From contig CAWCNS010000011.1 in assembly GCA_963796965.1 (NCBI GenBank), positions 96,001-160,000 on the forward strand: a stretch of 64,000 nt of DNA, in the 5' to 3' direction. This document shows positions 30,602 through 42,943 of the stretch, one piece after another. Numbering within the stretch: the first letter of the stretch is position 1; each line of letters begins with the position of its first letter. The position numbers and the translations under genes are program-made. Below the pieces are notes generated by a model. That model was not told where the DNA came from. It did no database searches and was given only the letters and a program-made list of their open reading frames with translations. The DNA comes from Calditrichia bacterium. GTDB lineage: Bacteria > Calditrichota > Calditrichia > JAJRVZ01.

Positions 30602-31247
30602 TTGAAAACAAATTCCTGGATTATTCCCTGGAAACAGGCATTATCGGAGAGCAAATTTCGGATTATTTTAGTTATTACAATTCTATTGTTGATACTTACA
30701 GACTACATTTTTTACCACTTTTCTGGATTTTGTGGAGACAAGACCTGGTGTTGTACTTTCAGATCCTTTGCTGGCCTTATTTAGCCCTAGAAATGTTACC
30801 TGGATTATTTTTAGTTTAATTTATTTGTCAGTAATTTTAGCCCTTTTTCATCTTTCTAAGAACCCACGGCAATTGATAATTGGTTTACATGCTTATATTC
30901 TACTCATACTCGTCCGAACGATTTCCATGTATCTGATCCCCTTTGATCCACCCGTTTTTTTAATTCCACTTGAGGATCCCTTTGTTCAATCGATGAGTTC
31001 AGGCGTACTCACCAAAGATTTATTTTTCTCCGGCCATACATCAACATTATTTCTCTTGTTCCTGATCAGCAAAGACAACCGCCTGAGACCATTTTTCTTG
31101 TCGGCGACCATAATTGTCGGTTTTTCTGTCCTTTGGCAACATGTACACTATAGTATTGATGTTTTCGCAGCACCATTTTATTCCTATACCTGTTACCGGG
31201 CTAGCCTTCTTCTTAATCAAAAGATCATGGGCTCCAGGTACAAGTAG
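30602..31247 (+). CDS. PAP2-superfamily, sphingomyelin-synthase-like membrane phosphotransferase (frameshift ~30730)
   Basis: 'DLFFSGHT' and 'HVHYSIDV' motifs, about 6 TMs, GGAGG RBS. Confidence 0.78.
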
Positions 31248-31496
31248 AGAGTACAGGGTAGAGGGTTGAGATAAGATAAGAGAAGAGGGAGGAGAGAAGA
31301 AAGAGGAGTGTCTTAATAAATATTCAATAAACAACACGGAATAATCAATTTTCAATGAGGAGATCGGGACATGGCCTCACACACTAAGAGGCTATATTGG
31401 CAGGATTCTCAAACTTAGATTTTTAATAAATTGTGAAGACATTTTTTTTATTTTCAAATCATAATTACATCAGAACCCATTGAAAATTGAATATTC

Positions 31497-31784
31497 TTAC
31501 TGCATTCTCCCCGACCAGAAAAATTCATCACTAATTATTTTCCCATCGAGATTCCAATAGGTTTCAACACCAACTTTTTTTCCCGCAAACCAATTAACTT
31601 CCCATTGTATCTTTCCATCTTCATAAAACCACGATTGTTCACCATGCAGCAAATATTCACCATCGTTTGAAATGCCGGCCTGCCATACGGTTTTAGGATT
31701 TCCTGATATGTAATTTTCTGAATATTCCTTCACTGTCGATATGGCAACATCAGGGATTAACTCCCAATCAGCCTCTTCACTCAA
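31497..31784 (-). pseudogene. Short MORN-variant/YwqK-like repeat fragment
   Basis: 'LHGEQSWFYEDGKIQWE...GKKVGVETYWNLDGK'; no good start or RBS. Confidence 0.4.
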
Positions 31785-31794
31785 AATCCAGGCT

Positions 31795-33123
31795 TCATTT
31801 ATCTAATCTTTCTGGAGACGGTGGCGTTTTATCTATCAGCAGATTCTTCAAATTCTCTTGTTTAACCAATTCAAATTCGTCATACAATTCACCTGTTGCC
31901 GTGTAAGCTTTATAATTTAGTCGATCACCATCTATCATTATAATTTGAAATAATTGTGTCTTTGCAGCTTTGCGCGTCATCCAGTCACGATCGGCCACGT
32001 CATACATCTTTGATCCGCTTACAGAAACAACAAACATTGTACTTGTTTTTTCATCGGAGTTAGTAAAGGAAGGAATACTTTTCATCCCTCTGCCATAAGC
32101 ATGGTCATGTCCCTGAAGTGCGATATCCACTTGATGTTTTTCCAGGATTGGACCAAAGACTTCTCTTAGTTCTACATTATCCCGGCTGGCCTTGGTTGAG
32201 AAAAAGGGATAATGGAGCAATATAGCTGTCCATCTCTTATCATTATGGGTGAGCACAGAATCCAGCCACTTAGCCTGACCTTTCTCTGCCCAATCAAACT
32301 CATCGCCCATATCCGTATCGATTGAGATGAGACGCAAATCGTTATAATCAAAGAAATAACAGGTCTCCTCTAAACCCTTAATACCATTATCGGGGAGTGT
32401 AAACTGAGGACGCCAATGGGGATCAAGCACCATCTCCCTACTATATTCATGATTTCCGGGTGTCATTGCGCTGGGTATGCTAGCATGAATATAATTGCCC
32501 CCATCAAACCATTCTTTCCATTCAATATCTCTTCCTGATCGGTTGATCAAATCTCCGGCATATACAATAAAACCGGCATCCGGCTCTTTTGCATATGCTT
32601 CTCGCATCACCCGCGGCCATAATGACCCAATACTGGTTTGTACATCACCCTGATAAATAAAAGAGAACGGTTTATCCCGACCAGCTGCCGTCTTAAAATG
32701 AAACCATTCACTCCAGATTTTTCCATGACCAACACGATACATATATTTTTGATCTGCTGTCAGACTATCAAATAATGCCGCATGATAATGAGCAATTATG
32801 GTTGATTCACCTTCATAGGTAATTTTAACTTTTTCAACCTTGGCTCTGACCTTTCTGATATTCTCAATAAAAGGGCCGGGTTGCACAATCGCTATCTGTG
32901 CCAGAGAGACAGTAACAGTGGTGTCCGTGCGCCAGTTAACAGCCATGGAAGTTGATGGATCTTCAGTGACATTTAAGATGATCCGGTCGGGCTTTTTTCC
33001 AGCGGTGACCTTATCCCCATTCATGGCAATCAGGGTATTGCACAGGCATGTAGTCACGAAGACAAGGGTAACAGCAATAATTTTATTAAGATACCGGGCT
33101 TGAGCAGTTTTATTATTAATCAT
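31795..33123 (-). CDS. Purple acid phosphatase-like metallophosphoesterase with N-terminal FN3-like domain
   Basis: 'GDVQ', 'AGDLIN', 'PGNHEY', 'LHYP', 'QGHDHAY'; signal peptide. Confidence 0.9.
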   Translation of the reverse strand: MINNKTAQARYLNKIIAVTLVFVTTCLCNTLIAMNGDKVTAGKKPDRIILNVTEDPSTSMAVNWRTDTTVTVSLAQIAIVQPGPFIENIRKVRAKVEKVKITYEGESTIIAHYHAALFDSLTADQKYMYRVGHGKIWSEWFHFKTAAGRDKPFSFIYQGDVQTSIGSLWPRVMREAYAKEPDAGFIVYAGDLINRSGRDIEWKEWFDGGNYIHASIPSAMTPGNHEYSREMVLDPHWRPQFTLPDNGIKGLEETCYFFDYNDLRLISIDTDMGDEFDWAEKGQAKWLDSVLTHNDKRWTAILLHYPFFSTKASRDNVELREVFGPILEKHQVDIALQGHDHAYGRGMKSIPSFTNSDEKTSTMFVVSVSGSKMYDVADRDWMTRKAAKTQLFQIIMIDGDRLNYKAYTATGELYDEFELVKQENLKNLLIDKTPPSPERLDK

Positions 33124-33248
33124 AATTGGAATATCTCCCTTTTATTAAAAGTATATAACTTGATCTATCTATAAATTTCCATTACTGACGCCATTACCCC
33201 AATATGTCGACAAAAAATCCTCCTATCTGTCTAAAGATCAGAAGGAAC

Positions 33249-35577
33249 CTACTCTACAAATAACTCATCCATTTTTATTTCATGTTTGGGCATATCCGGT
33301 CCTTTTATAGAAGCTTTAATCGATCTGCGTCCACCTGATTGAAAATAATCAAGACGGATGGGATGCAATCCTGCCTGCAATGCAATTTGCCCATACCTCT
33401 CCTGTGGACCATGCCAACCGTCATTTTCAACGACAAGTTGGTCATCTAAATACAAGCGACTACCGTCATTTGAATCAACAAACAATGTGTAAACACCGTC
33501 CGTGGGAACATTTAAAAATCCCCTAAAGGTAAGCCCAAAGTATTCTGGAAGATCCTCAAAAGGGAAATGGAACTTATCAGTATAACCGGTTGAAAAATTG
33601 GTGCGTTTTTTAAGATCCGCCGTGGAATCAATCGGTTTTTCAAAAACATAATATGTATATTTTAATCCAGGCTTTAAATTTTCTTTACTTGAAGATTGGA
33701 TCAAGTCTTGTTTAATAAATTCTCCTTGGTAAACAGGACTGGATTTGCCATTCAAGGCAATCTCTCTTACTCTTAAACTAGAGGACTTGGAAATAATTAT
33801 AGACTCATCGTAAATAAATGATTCAATTGTTGGTGAGGTACCATCTAAGGTATAGTAAATTTCAGTGGCCGGTCTACCTTGTTTCATTTGAATGGAAATG
33901 GTATCAATGAATACATTGCGGTCATCAAAACCTTCCACCCGCGGCCAGCGATAGTTGACATCCAAAGCATCGAGCCTGAAATAGTGATAGGCTAATCGTT
34001 TTAAAAAATCATCGATGTTACGATCTGATTTGGCAGACCAGACCACCTCGGCCATGGCACTCATTCTAGGCAAGGCCATATATTCAACCTGGCCTGTGGT
34101 TTTAATATGCTCGGTCCACACATTTCCCTGAGCGCCAAGAATGTGCTCTGCCTCCCTTTCTGTTAATTCAGATGGAATGGGTTCATAGGAGTACACTTTT
34201 TCCAATGGCAGAACACTTTCCATTGCCTTTGGTTCTTTTGCCGGGTCGCCCTGATAATAATCAAAGTAGCAGTATGGACTTGGACACATGACCGCATTAT
34301 GTCCTTTTTGTGAGACTTCGATGGCCCCGGCCTCTCCCCGCCATGACATGACAGAAGCATTTGGAGCCAATCCACCCTGTATGATTTCATCCCACCCTAT
34401 AATCTGTCTTCCCCTTAAATTTACAATTTTTTCTATGCGTTGAATAAAGTAACTCTGGAGTTCCTCTCCATTCTTAAGACCTTCTGACTTTATTCGATTC
34501 TGACATTTGATACAATTTTCCCATCGGACCTTTGGGACCTCATCTCCACCAATATGAATATACTTAGATGGAAAAAGATCGATGACTTCCGATAGTACAT
34601 TTTCTAAGAATGTAAAGGCTTCTTCATTTCCAGCACAGTATATCTCATCAGAGATGCCCCAATTCATTTTCACATCAAAGGGACCACCACTACAGGAAAG
34701 ATTTGGGAATACAGAGAGGGCAGCCTGACTGTGTCCGGGCATTTCAATTTCGGGAACAATGGTGATATATCTTTCTTCAGCATATCGGACCATCTCACGA
34801 ATTTCCTCCTGCGTATAATACCCACCATGGGGAATACCATCTAAAACATCCGGTTTATTCAGCAAGGCAGAGGTTGTTCCCTTCCGCCAGGAACCCTTCT
34901 CTGTTAATTGAGGATATTTCTTAATCTCCAAACGCCATCCCTGATCATCCGTCAGATGAACATGCAAGGTATTTAACTTATGCAGCGCTAATAAATCGAT
35001 ATATTTCTTTATAAATTCCAGCGAAAAAAAATGCCGGGCCACATCCAGATGCATTCCCCGCCATTTAAAGCGTGGTTTATCTGTAATACGAATTGCGGGG
35101 ATAGATAATTCAAAATCATCGTCTTTCTGTTTCTTGTAAATCTGAGGGGGAAGAAGTTGCAAGAGTGTTTGGACACCATAAAAAAGACCGGCCGGATTGC
35201 CCCGGATTAATATATAATCAGTCTGTAGCTTCGATCCGATAGCCTTCATCACCAAAACTTTCAGGGACATCTTCAGAGGACAAGATAATTGTATTAGGAT
35301 TGTCTCCCTCAGATTCTATCACGCCAATATTCACATCAATTCCCGTTGATCGATAAATAAAGTCAGCCAGATATCTGGCAGTTCCCTTTACCTCAGGCAA
35401 ATTTCCTGTCAGTATTTTTGTCGATGTAGATATATTGAAATATCCACTTTGCATTGATATTGAATTTGGCTGGGGAATAATTGTTGGTATATCCCCTGGA
35501 TATTTGTTGCAATTCCAGAAGCCAAGAAAAAGAATGAGCACAATTAAGCCTGTAAAATATTTTAAAACAAATCTCAT
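33249..35577 (-). CDS. GH20 beta-N-acetylhexosaminidase with Fn3-associated and PA14 domains (frameshift ~35230)
   Basis: 'RGMHLDVARHF', 'HLTDDQGWR', 'PEIEMPGH', catalytic 'HIGGDE', 'YYTLDGTSP', PA14 'SNDGSRLY'. Confidence 0.92.
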
Positions 35578-35708
35578 TAATTTCTCTCCCAAATTGTTAT
35601 GGGTAGTGAAAAAATAATAACTATATTGGTAGTTGAAGATTACAGGATAAAGGTAACAAAATAAATTGTAAAATCTTTGTAAATATAACCTGAGTCTGCC
35701 GATTTATT

Positions 35709-35880
35709 TCCCCCTTAAGGTAGACTGTTGCAGTATCGGTTAATTTGCATTATTCTTGGTGTAGTCCCGTATGACGGGATCTCCCCCTTGGAAAGGAGGG
35801 GATGTGATTTCGCTATAAGTCTATGTAAAAACATCCCCCTAACCCCCTTCAAAGGGGGAATTAGATTTTGCTTATTCGAA
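35709..35880. repeat. Cluster of CCCCCTT..AAGGGG REP-like hairpins in divergent intergenic region
   Basis: tcccgtatgacggga; tcccccttggaaaggagggga; cccccttcaaagggggaa. Confidence 0.5.
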
Positions 35881-35992
35881 CAGAAAATCACATAATTTTG
35901 CTATATAGGGCTAATATTCGGAAATTTACATGATATAATTCTCAATCAATCATTCCATATTTAAAAATTAAATCGGAAAGTGAAAATAACAC

Positions 35993-38900
35993 ATGAAAAT
36001 CAACATATTATTTACTATTATCACTAGTATGTTATTATTCGTCGTTTCTCCTGCAATATCTTTATCATCAAATGATATAGAATCGATATCACATATTAAT
36101 CCCGTGAACCTACGTTGCGAATATCTGATAAATCCATTGGGTATTGATATCGCTTCACCACGCCTTAGCTGGAATCTAAACTCAGAAGAAAGAAATCAGA
36201 AACAGCATGCCTATCAAATAATGGTCTCGGAATCGGCAAAAGATCTTAAATTGAATAAAGGAGAACTATGGGATACCGGAAAGATAGTTTCAGATCAATG
36301 CCTCCATATTCGTTATAAGGGCAAAAAACTCGCTTCCAGAATGAAGGTTTATTGGAAAGTCCGGGTTTGGGATGAAGAAGACCAGCCATCGGCCTGGAGT
36401 TCTGTCGCCAATTGGGAGATGAGTTTTCTTGGACAAATCAGATTGGAAGGCCAATTGGATCGGTGTCGGAGAGGATAAAAATCCAGATTCCCCTGACACA
36501 GATTCCGGCCCCTTATTTTCGGAAAGAATTTAACCTCAAAAGAGAGATTAGATCTGCCCGGGCTTATATCAGCTGGTTTTGGTTATTATGAATTTTATAT
36601 AAACGGTTAAAAAATCGGCGATCAGGTTCTGGCTCCGGCACAAACAAATTATGATCGTCGTAATATGCGCAATCTGCTCTATCCCTATGATGATCAATCT
36701 GATACACGCGTATTCTATCATAGTTTTGATATTTCACAAGCACTAAAAATGGAATTAATACCGCAGGTGTCATTCTTGGAAATGGCTGGTATAATCAACG
36801 TGACCGTACAGCAGAAGGCTGGTTATGGTATGATACCCCAAGATTTATTCTTCAGATCGAAGTAATCTATGCCGACGATGGACAAATTGAAACCATTTAC
36901 AGCGACGAAACTTGGAAATTCTCCACCGGGCCCATTCTCCATGACGCAAATTTTTACCGGTGAATTTTATGATGCCCGGCTTGAACTTGATGGATGGTCT
37001 GAATCCGGTTTTGATGATAAAGACTGGGAGAGAGCAGAAATTCGTTCGCTCGCCTACCGGGGAACTTGAACCACAACTGGCTCCGCATGATAAAGTGATC
37101 GGTACGATAAAACCCATATCTATCTCCGAAGATATCCGAAGGTGTTTTTCGTCTATGATCTTGGACAAATGTTTTCCGGTTGGATCCGTCTTAAGGTACA
37201 TGGTCAAAAAGGCGATATGATCACTATCCGCTATATTGAAGAATTAGGTAAAGATTACAGACAGAAAGACCTATATATCCTCAAAGGTAATGGTGTTGAG
37301 ACATTTGAACCCAGATTTACCTGGCATGCCTTTCGTCATGTGGAAGTTAGCGGTATTAGATATGCACCCGATCCTGAATGATGTCCTCGGTATGATCGTT
37401 AACACGGCTGTGGATACCGCAGGATATTTTGAATGTTCCAATGATTTATTCAATAAAATTTATCAGAATTATATCTGGACACAATTAGGGAACTTTCATG
37501 GCAACTATTAGCAGTGATTGTCCTCACCGTGAACGGCTCGGATATACGGGAGATGGACAGATCTTGGCCGAGACATCCATGTTCTGTTTCGATATGACCC
37601 AGTTTTATCGGAAATGGATCAATGATATGGCTGATGCGCAAAATAGCAAAACAGGATTTGTCCCCCATTCAGCACCATTTGGCGGCGGTGGTGGTGGGCC
37701 GGCCTGGGGATCTGCCTATGTGACTGTACCCTGGTTTTATTATCTTTATTACAATGATCTGGATATTTTCGCCAACATTATAGGGAATGAAACACTGGAT
37801 AGACTATCTCGGTACCCGAACAGACGAGAGACGGTATTATGTGGTGCGTGAAGAGCCAGGTGCCTGGTGTCTGGGAGATTGGGCAGCACCTGTGTCAACG
37901 GAAGTTCCTCCACCTTTGGTAAATACTGCCTATTATTATTATATATCAACAATTATGGAGAAATGTGCACGGATTCTCCAGGAAAACGAGGATAAAAATC
38001 AATTTTCGACATTAGCAAACAATACTCGAAAGTCATTAAATAAAAGGTATTTTGACATAGGATGAAAGAATACTGGGAGGGCCGGCAGGGATCGGATGTT
38101 TTTCCTCTGGCCTTTGACATGGTTGAAGCACGGATATGAAGAACAGGTTCTTGAAAAGCCTTCGTAAAAACATCATTAAGAATAAGGGTCATTTGGATAC
38201 AGGTATCCTGGCCACACCTCTCATGCTTGATACTTTTGAGCTGAATCCGGGTATGAAGATTTAGCCTTTACAATCATGAATCAGCGAGATTTCCCGGGAT
38301 ATGGGGAGTATATCATCGGTAAAAAGGCAACAACCCTCTGGGAAAATTGGGATGGAAGACTATCACATAGTCATCCTATGTATGGAAGTGTGATTCGTTG
38401 GTTTTATAAGTATGTGGCAGGAATTAACCCTGACCCGCAAAGAGCCTGGTTTTAAACATATTATTATCAAACCAGGCCTAGCAGGTGATCTTACTTATCG
38501 CCCGCGCCGGATATCAACTCTCTTTATGGCAAGATTTCATCGGAATGGCGATTAGATGAGGGTAATTTATATCTAAATATCGAAATTCCTGCTAATACTC
38601 ACGCCACGGTCTATATCCCGGCAACAGATCATAACGTTGTATACGAACAGGGAATAAACAATTAATCAGCATAAGCGAATTAAATTATACAGGAATGGAG
38701 CAAAACTATGCCGTCATTAAAGTTGGCTCTGGTAAAATACAATTTCAGTTCAGAGAACATTAGTTGCTATTGATCAAACCAGTTCATGTTTCAACCCCTC
38801 AGATATTTCCAACTGACACCTTATTCTTAAAACCTGAAAAAGCAAAGATACTAATAAAATCAGCAACCAGTGGTGCCGATATATATTACACCTTAGATGG

Positions 38901-39471
38901 AACGGTGCCAGACAGACAATCACAAAAATATAAGGGATCATTTTAGTATCTGATAACATTGAAGTTAAAGCAAAAGCATATAAAGAAGGATATTTACCCA
39001 GTTTTGTTAAAACCGCTAGCGTGCAGTTTGCGGATCCTGCTATTAATGGACTGAATTACACGGTGATATGAAGGTGAATGGGATCAAAAACCAGATACCA
39101 CAACACTCAAACCCGTTTCAAAGGGAGAGGTATTTCAATTTGATCTGGACAAATAAGCAAGGCGAGAGGATTATATGGCTATCATATTTGAGGGATATCT
39201 TGATATTTTGGAGAGCGGGAAATATACATTTTTTTCCTCGGCAAACGATGGCAGTGTGCTTATATATAGATGACAAAATTATTGTGGATAATGCCGGATA
39301 TGCAGGGTAAAAAAGCCTATTCTGGGAAAATTAACTTAACTATTGGAAAAAGCCATAAAGGTTCTTTACTTCGAAAATTCCGGTTCTGAAACCATCGATA
39401 TATATTACTCTGGGCCGGGATTCGATAAACGTTCAATTCCTCCTCATCTGCTGTATAAGGAAAAAGATTAA
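35993..39471 (+). CDS. GH78 alpha-L-rhamnosidase-like protein with Fn3-associated and PA14 domains (many frameshifts)
   Basis: 'LRCEYLINPLGID...PRLSW', 'GEFYDARLE', 'DLGQMFSGW', 'DCPHRERLGYTGDG', 'LGDW', 'TTLWENW', 'YYTLDGTVP'. Confidence 0.85.
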
Positions 39472-39759
39472 GAGGTAATCCAAGGGTAAAAGCGAATCCC
39501 AACGACTTTACGGATTATATTGTCCTTGAATAAAATGGCATAAAATTACCTGATTTTATAATGAACAAAACGTATAATCTATATTCGTGTCAGATTAATT
39601 TATCACACCCTTAACGTAACAATTGTATTTTAAGGGTAAGTTTTGTAGTTTTCTTAAACTGATGTATTTTACTATCTAGCAATTACTCTAAGTATTTAAT
39701 CGTATTTAATAAATAAGAAATCTCCCTCGCATAATAATTATTCATATGGAGGCTTATTT

Positions 39760-41186
39760 ATGAAATTCACTCTGACTGGTTCTATTCATCCTTTTGCTGA
39801 GTTTATCTATCGGTCAAGCACAATCGATATACTCTTCAGACACAGATTCTGACGTATTAGCCGATACCGGCTATGTGCCCGATCCTGAGCTTGTACAACA
39901 GATGAATCCCAAAAAAAACCTGTTGATTCCCATTGCCGAATCAGTTGGTTTGAATCTGGCTCTGGGCGCTTTTAATGCCTATGTTGGTCAGTCTGAATTT
40001 GCCAAAATAAGTTTTAAAACAATTGAAGCATAATTTTGAACGTGGATTTTCAACCGATGCCGATGGATTCCTTACCAATATGTGGGCCCATCCCTTTCAT
40101 GGCTCAATATATTTCAACCTGGCCCGATCAAGTGGTTATAATTATTTTGCTTCCCTTGGTGTAGCAGCAATTGGCAGCTGGCAATGGGAATTTTTTATGG
40201 AAAATGAGCCTCCTGCCTTAAATGATTGGATCATGACCTCAGTGGGTGGGTCTATGCTCGGTGAAATGTTCTACCGGTTTTCCAATAATATCCTTGATGA
40301 GAGTTTGGGTGGCTCTGCCCGGTTCTGGAATGAATTAGCGGCTGGCATTTTCAATCCCGGACGTTTGTTTAACCGCCTGATTTATGGCCGTACCGCCAGA
40401 CAAACCAAAGAGAAACTGTATAAAAAAGAACCCATGCTGGCTGAGATTGGTATTGGTGCTAACAATGTGGCAGACGGGCTCAGCTTTAAAAATGGTCAGA
40501 GAAATCTCATGCTGACACTAGATTATGCCTATGGATTGTTTTTTTATAAACGGACTTTGGGGGCATTCGATCATTTTCGCTTCTACTCTGCTTTTAATTT
40601 TGGTGGTGTTCAGCCGCTGATCGGCCAATTTCGTATCATGAGTACGCTTTTGGCGAAGAACAAACCTGTTGGCGATGGCAGTCGCTTTAACTGGGGATTC
40701 TTCCAGCATTATGATTATTTAAAAAATAGTATATATGAAGTTGGTGGAACCAGTGTGGTTGCCGGTCTTGGATATCGAACCTCACAAAAAGATAAAGTTC
40801 AGTTCCTCGGTCTTTTTCATGCCGGTCCCATGCTTATGGGCGGCGCAAACTCTGATTATTCTGAATACTTCAAGGTTGCATTCCTGGACTCAGGAAGAAC
40901 TTATAATATGGGGCCTGGTGCAACAGCAAAACTGGAGGCCTTGTTACGTTTTCCATTTGGATCCCTACAAATCAAATATAGTTTTTGGTGGATCCATACC
41001 TGGGATGGTGCTCCGGGTGATGAGTTTATTGGTATGTGGCAACCTGCTCTACGGATGCGTTTAGCCAGCCATTGGTATTTGGGATTGGAGTGGATAATTT
41101 ATCATCGACATGGAAAATATGATTTTGCGCCAAATCAGGATGTTCGAAACAATGAACAACGACTTTATGTCGGGTATAATTTCTGA
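39760..41186 (+). CDS. DUF3943-like outer membrane protein (frameshifts near N-terminus)
   Basis: 'NMWAHPFHGSIYFNLARSSG', 'WEFFMENEPPALND', terminal Phe 'YVGYNF'. Confidence 0.75.
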
Positions 41187-41267
41187 TCATCGCAATGAGC
41201 TATGATTTCTCTAACAAACTATATAGACCTTTCAAATTGATAAAAATATAAACTGGAGGAAAATACA

Positions 41268-41873
41268 TTGAAACTCCATTGGAAAATATTTTGCATTCTT
41301 CTTATCGCAACTGTTGCATTTTCACAAACCTCTGTAGAGCAGACGAACCAGATCTTCCAGGGGGAGAAATTTGTATATGCTGAAGGACTCAGTATCAGCA
41401 GTCTGGGAGAATTTAAAGAAAGCTGGGAGTCCGCGTCTGGCTTCCATGTTGGCTATGGGATTATTTATTCTGACAAAGGATCGCTTGTTCTTCAAACCGG
41501 TTATATGGATTTTAAGGCCAATGAAGACGGTGGTGTCGAAGAAGGATCTACTTTCAGTGTAATTCCGGTTCAGGTTGGCGGAAGGTATTATATTACATTA
41601 GACCGCTTCAGACCTTTTCTATTTGCCATGAATGGATTTAATATCATCCAACAGGATTGGGCGACACCAGACACATCTCTGAATAAGACTAGTTGGCAAT
41701 ATAATTTTCAGGTTGGCTTAGGATTAGATGTGCTTTTATTCAGTGATCTTCAAATAGAACTAGCCGCCAAGTACAATTCCCATCTGCTCGAGCCAACGAT
41801 TCCTTATAACATCACAGGGCTGGAATATAGTGTGGGGCTGGTCTGGAGATTATCTCCTGCCAGAAAAGATTGA
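41268..41873 (+). CDS. Outer membrane beta-barrel (OmpW/OmpA-like) protein
   Basis: Signal peptide, alternating beta strands 'IPVQVGGRYY', 'FQVGLGLDV'; GGAGG RBS. Confidence 0.75.
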   Translation: MKLHWKIFCILLIATVAFSQTSVEQTNQIFQGEKFVYAEGLSISSLGEFKESWESASGFHVGYGIIYSDKGSLVLQTGYMDFKANEDGGVEEGSTFSVIPVQVGGRYYITLDRFRPFLFAMNGFNIIQQDWATPDTSLNKTSWQYNFQVGLGLDVLLFSDLQIELAAKYNSHLLEPTIPYNITGLEYSVGLVWRLSPARKD

Positions 41874-42104
41874 TTGTTCAAAATAAAATGGATTACTGAC
41901 ATTATTCTGATCAATTGAAAGAATCTCACGCAAAGGCGCTATAAGAAGAATAATTATAATATATTTAAATTTTAAATAAAACAATCTCACCTGTTTCATA
42001 TTTAAAAATAAATAAAACTTTGCGGCCTAACGTCTTCGCGAGAGATGACATACCCCAGTGATGTATGTGGAACTCATTCAATATGATTTTCAATAACAAT
42101 AATC

Positions 42105-42155
42105 TCTCCGTGTATTCTTCCGGCCTGCCCCGTTTCACGGGGGTCCCTCCGTGGT
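42105..42155 (-). repeat. Dispersed intergenic hairpin repeat, copy B
   Basis: Reverse complement of the 20361-20409 element, just after the VOC gene stop. Confidence 0.7.
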
Positions 42156-42174
42156 TTTTATAAAGATCACTCTC

Positions 42175-42558
42175 TTAGGATTTATAACTAATCACTTCAA
42201 ACCATGCACCTTGTGGATCCTGGATAACACAAAATCTGCCGACCTCCGGAATATCTTGTGGTTCTACCAAAACTTTTCCACCAAGTGCTTTTGCTTTTTC
42301 CACCGTCTCTTCGACATTATCAACTGTCATATAAACGCCCCAAGTGGGAGGCATTTCACCTGAATCGGGTGTCATGGGCATAATACCAGCAACCTCATCC
42401 CCATTTGCATTTACCACAGAATAGGTCATGTTCTCCATGGGCATGTCCTTATAGGACCAGCCAAAAATCTCCGAATAAAATTTTTTGGCATTTTCCACAT
42501 CTGAGGTCATAAGTTCAAACCAACTAAACGCACCATGCTTGAATAATTTGTCGTTCAT
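42175..42558 (-). CDS. VOC/glyoxalase family protein
   Basis: 'FSWFELMTSD...AKKFYSEIFGW', 'WGVYMTVDNV', 'DIPEVGRF...DPQGA'. Confidence 0.92.
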   Translation of the reverse strand: MNDKLFKHGAFSWFELMTSDVENAKKFYSEIFGWSYKDMPMENMTYSVVNANGDEVAGIMPMTPDSGEMPPTWGVYMTVDNVEETVEKAKALGGKVLVEPQDIPEVGRFCVIQDPQGAWFEVISYKS

Positions 42559-42595
42559 ATCTCCCTCCTCTTAAAACGAATTATCAGACCAACAA

Positions 42596-42638
42596 CAATT
42601 AGGTGTACAAATGTACACCTAATTGAGTAATATGTCAA
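42596..42638 (-). promoter_or_regulatory. sigma70 promoter overlapped by a perfect 30-bp operator palindrome
   Basis: TTGACA-17-TACATT (42638-42610); CAATTAGGTGTACA-aa-TGTACACCTAATTG (42596-42625). Confidence 0.75.
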
Positions 42639-42943
42639 GCAATTTTTCCATGATAATCTTTAGTATCACGAAGTAGCACAAAGCAGACACGAAGAGCCAC
42701 GAAGATTTTTAATATCTATTTATATATCAGTATTTGGATATAGATATCCTGTTAACCTGTAAAATTTTTATTTTATATGGTAGTACATGGTACGAGTATA
42801 TATGATTTTAGACAGGATTTGCGGAATTAGTTATTTGAAAAAACCTTCGTGGTCTTCGTGGATTCTTAGGGTTCTTCGTGATATTCCTCTAGTATTACAA
42901 AGTGGCACAGAGCAGACACGAAAAACCACGAAGATTTTCCTGA

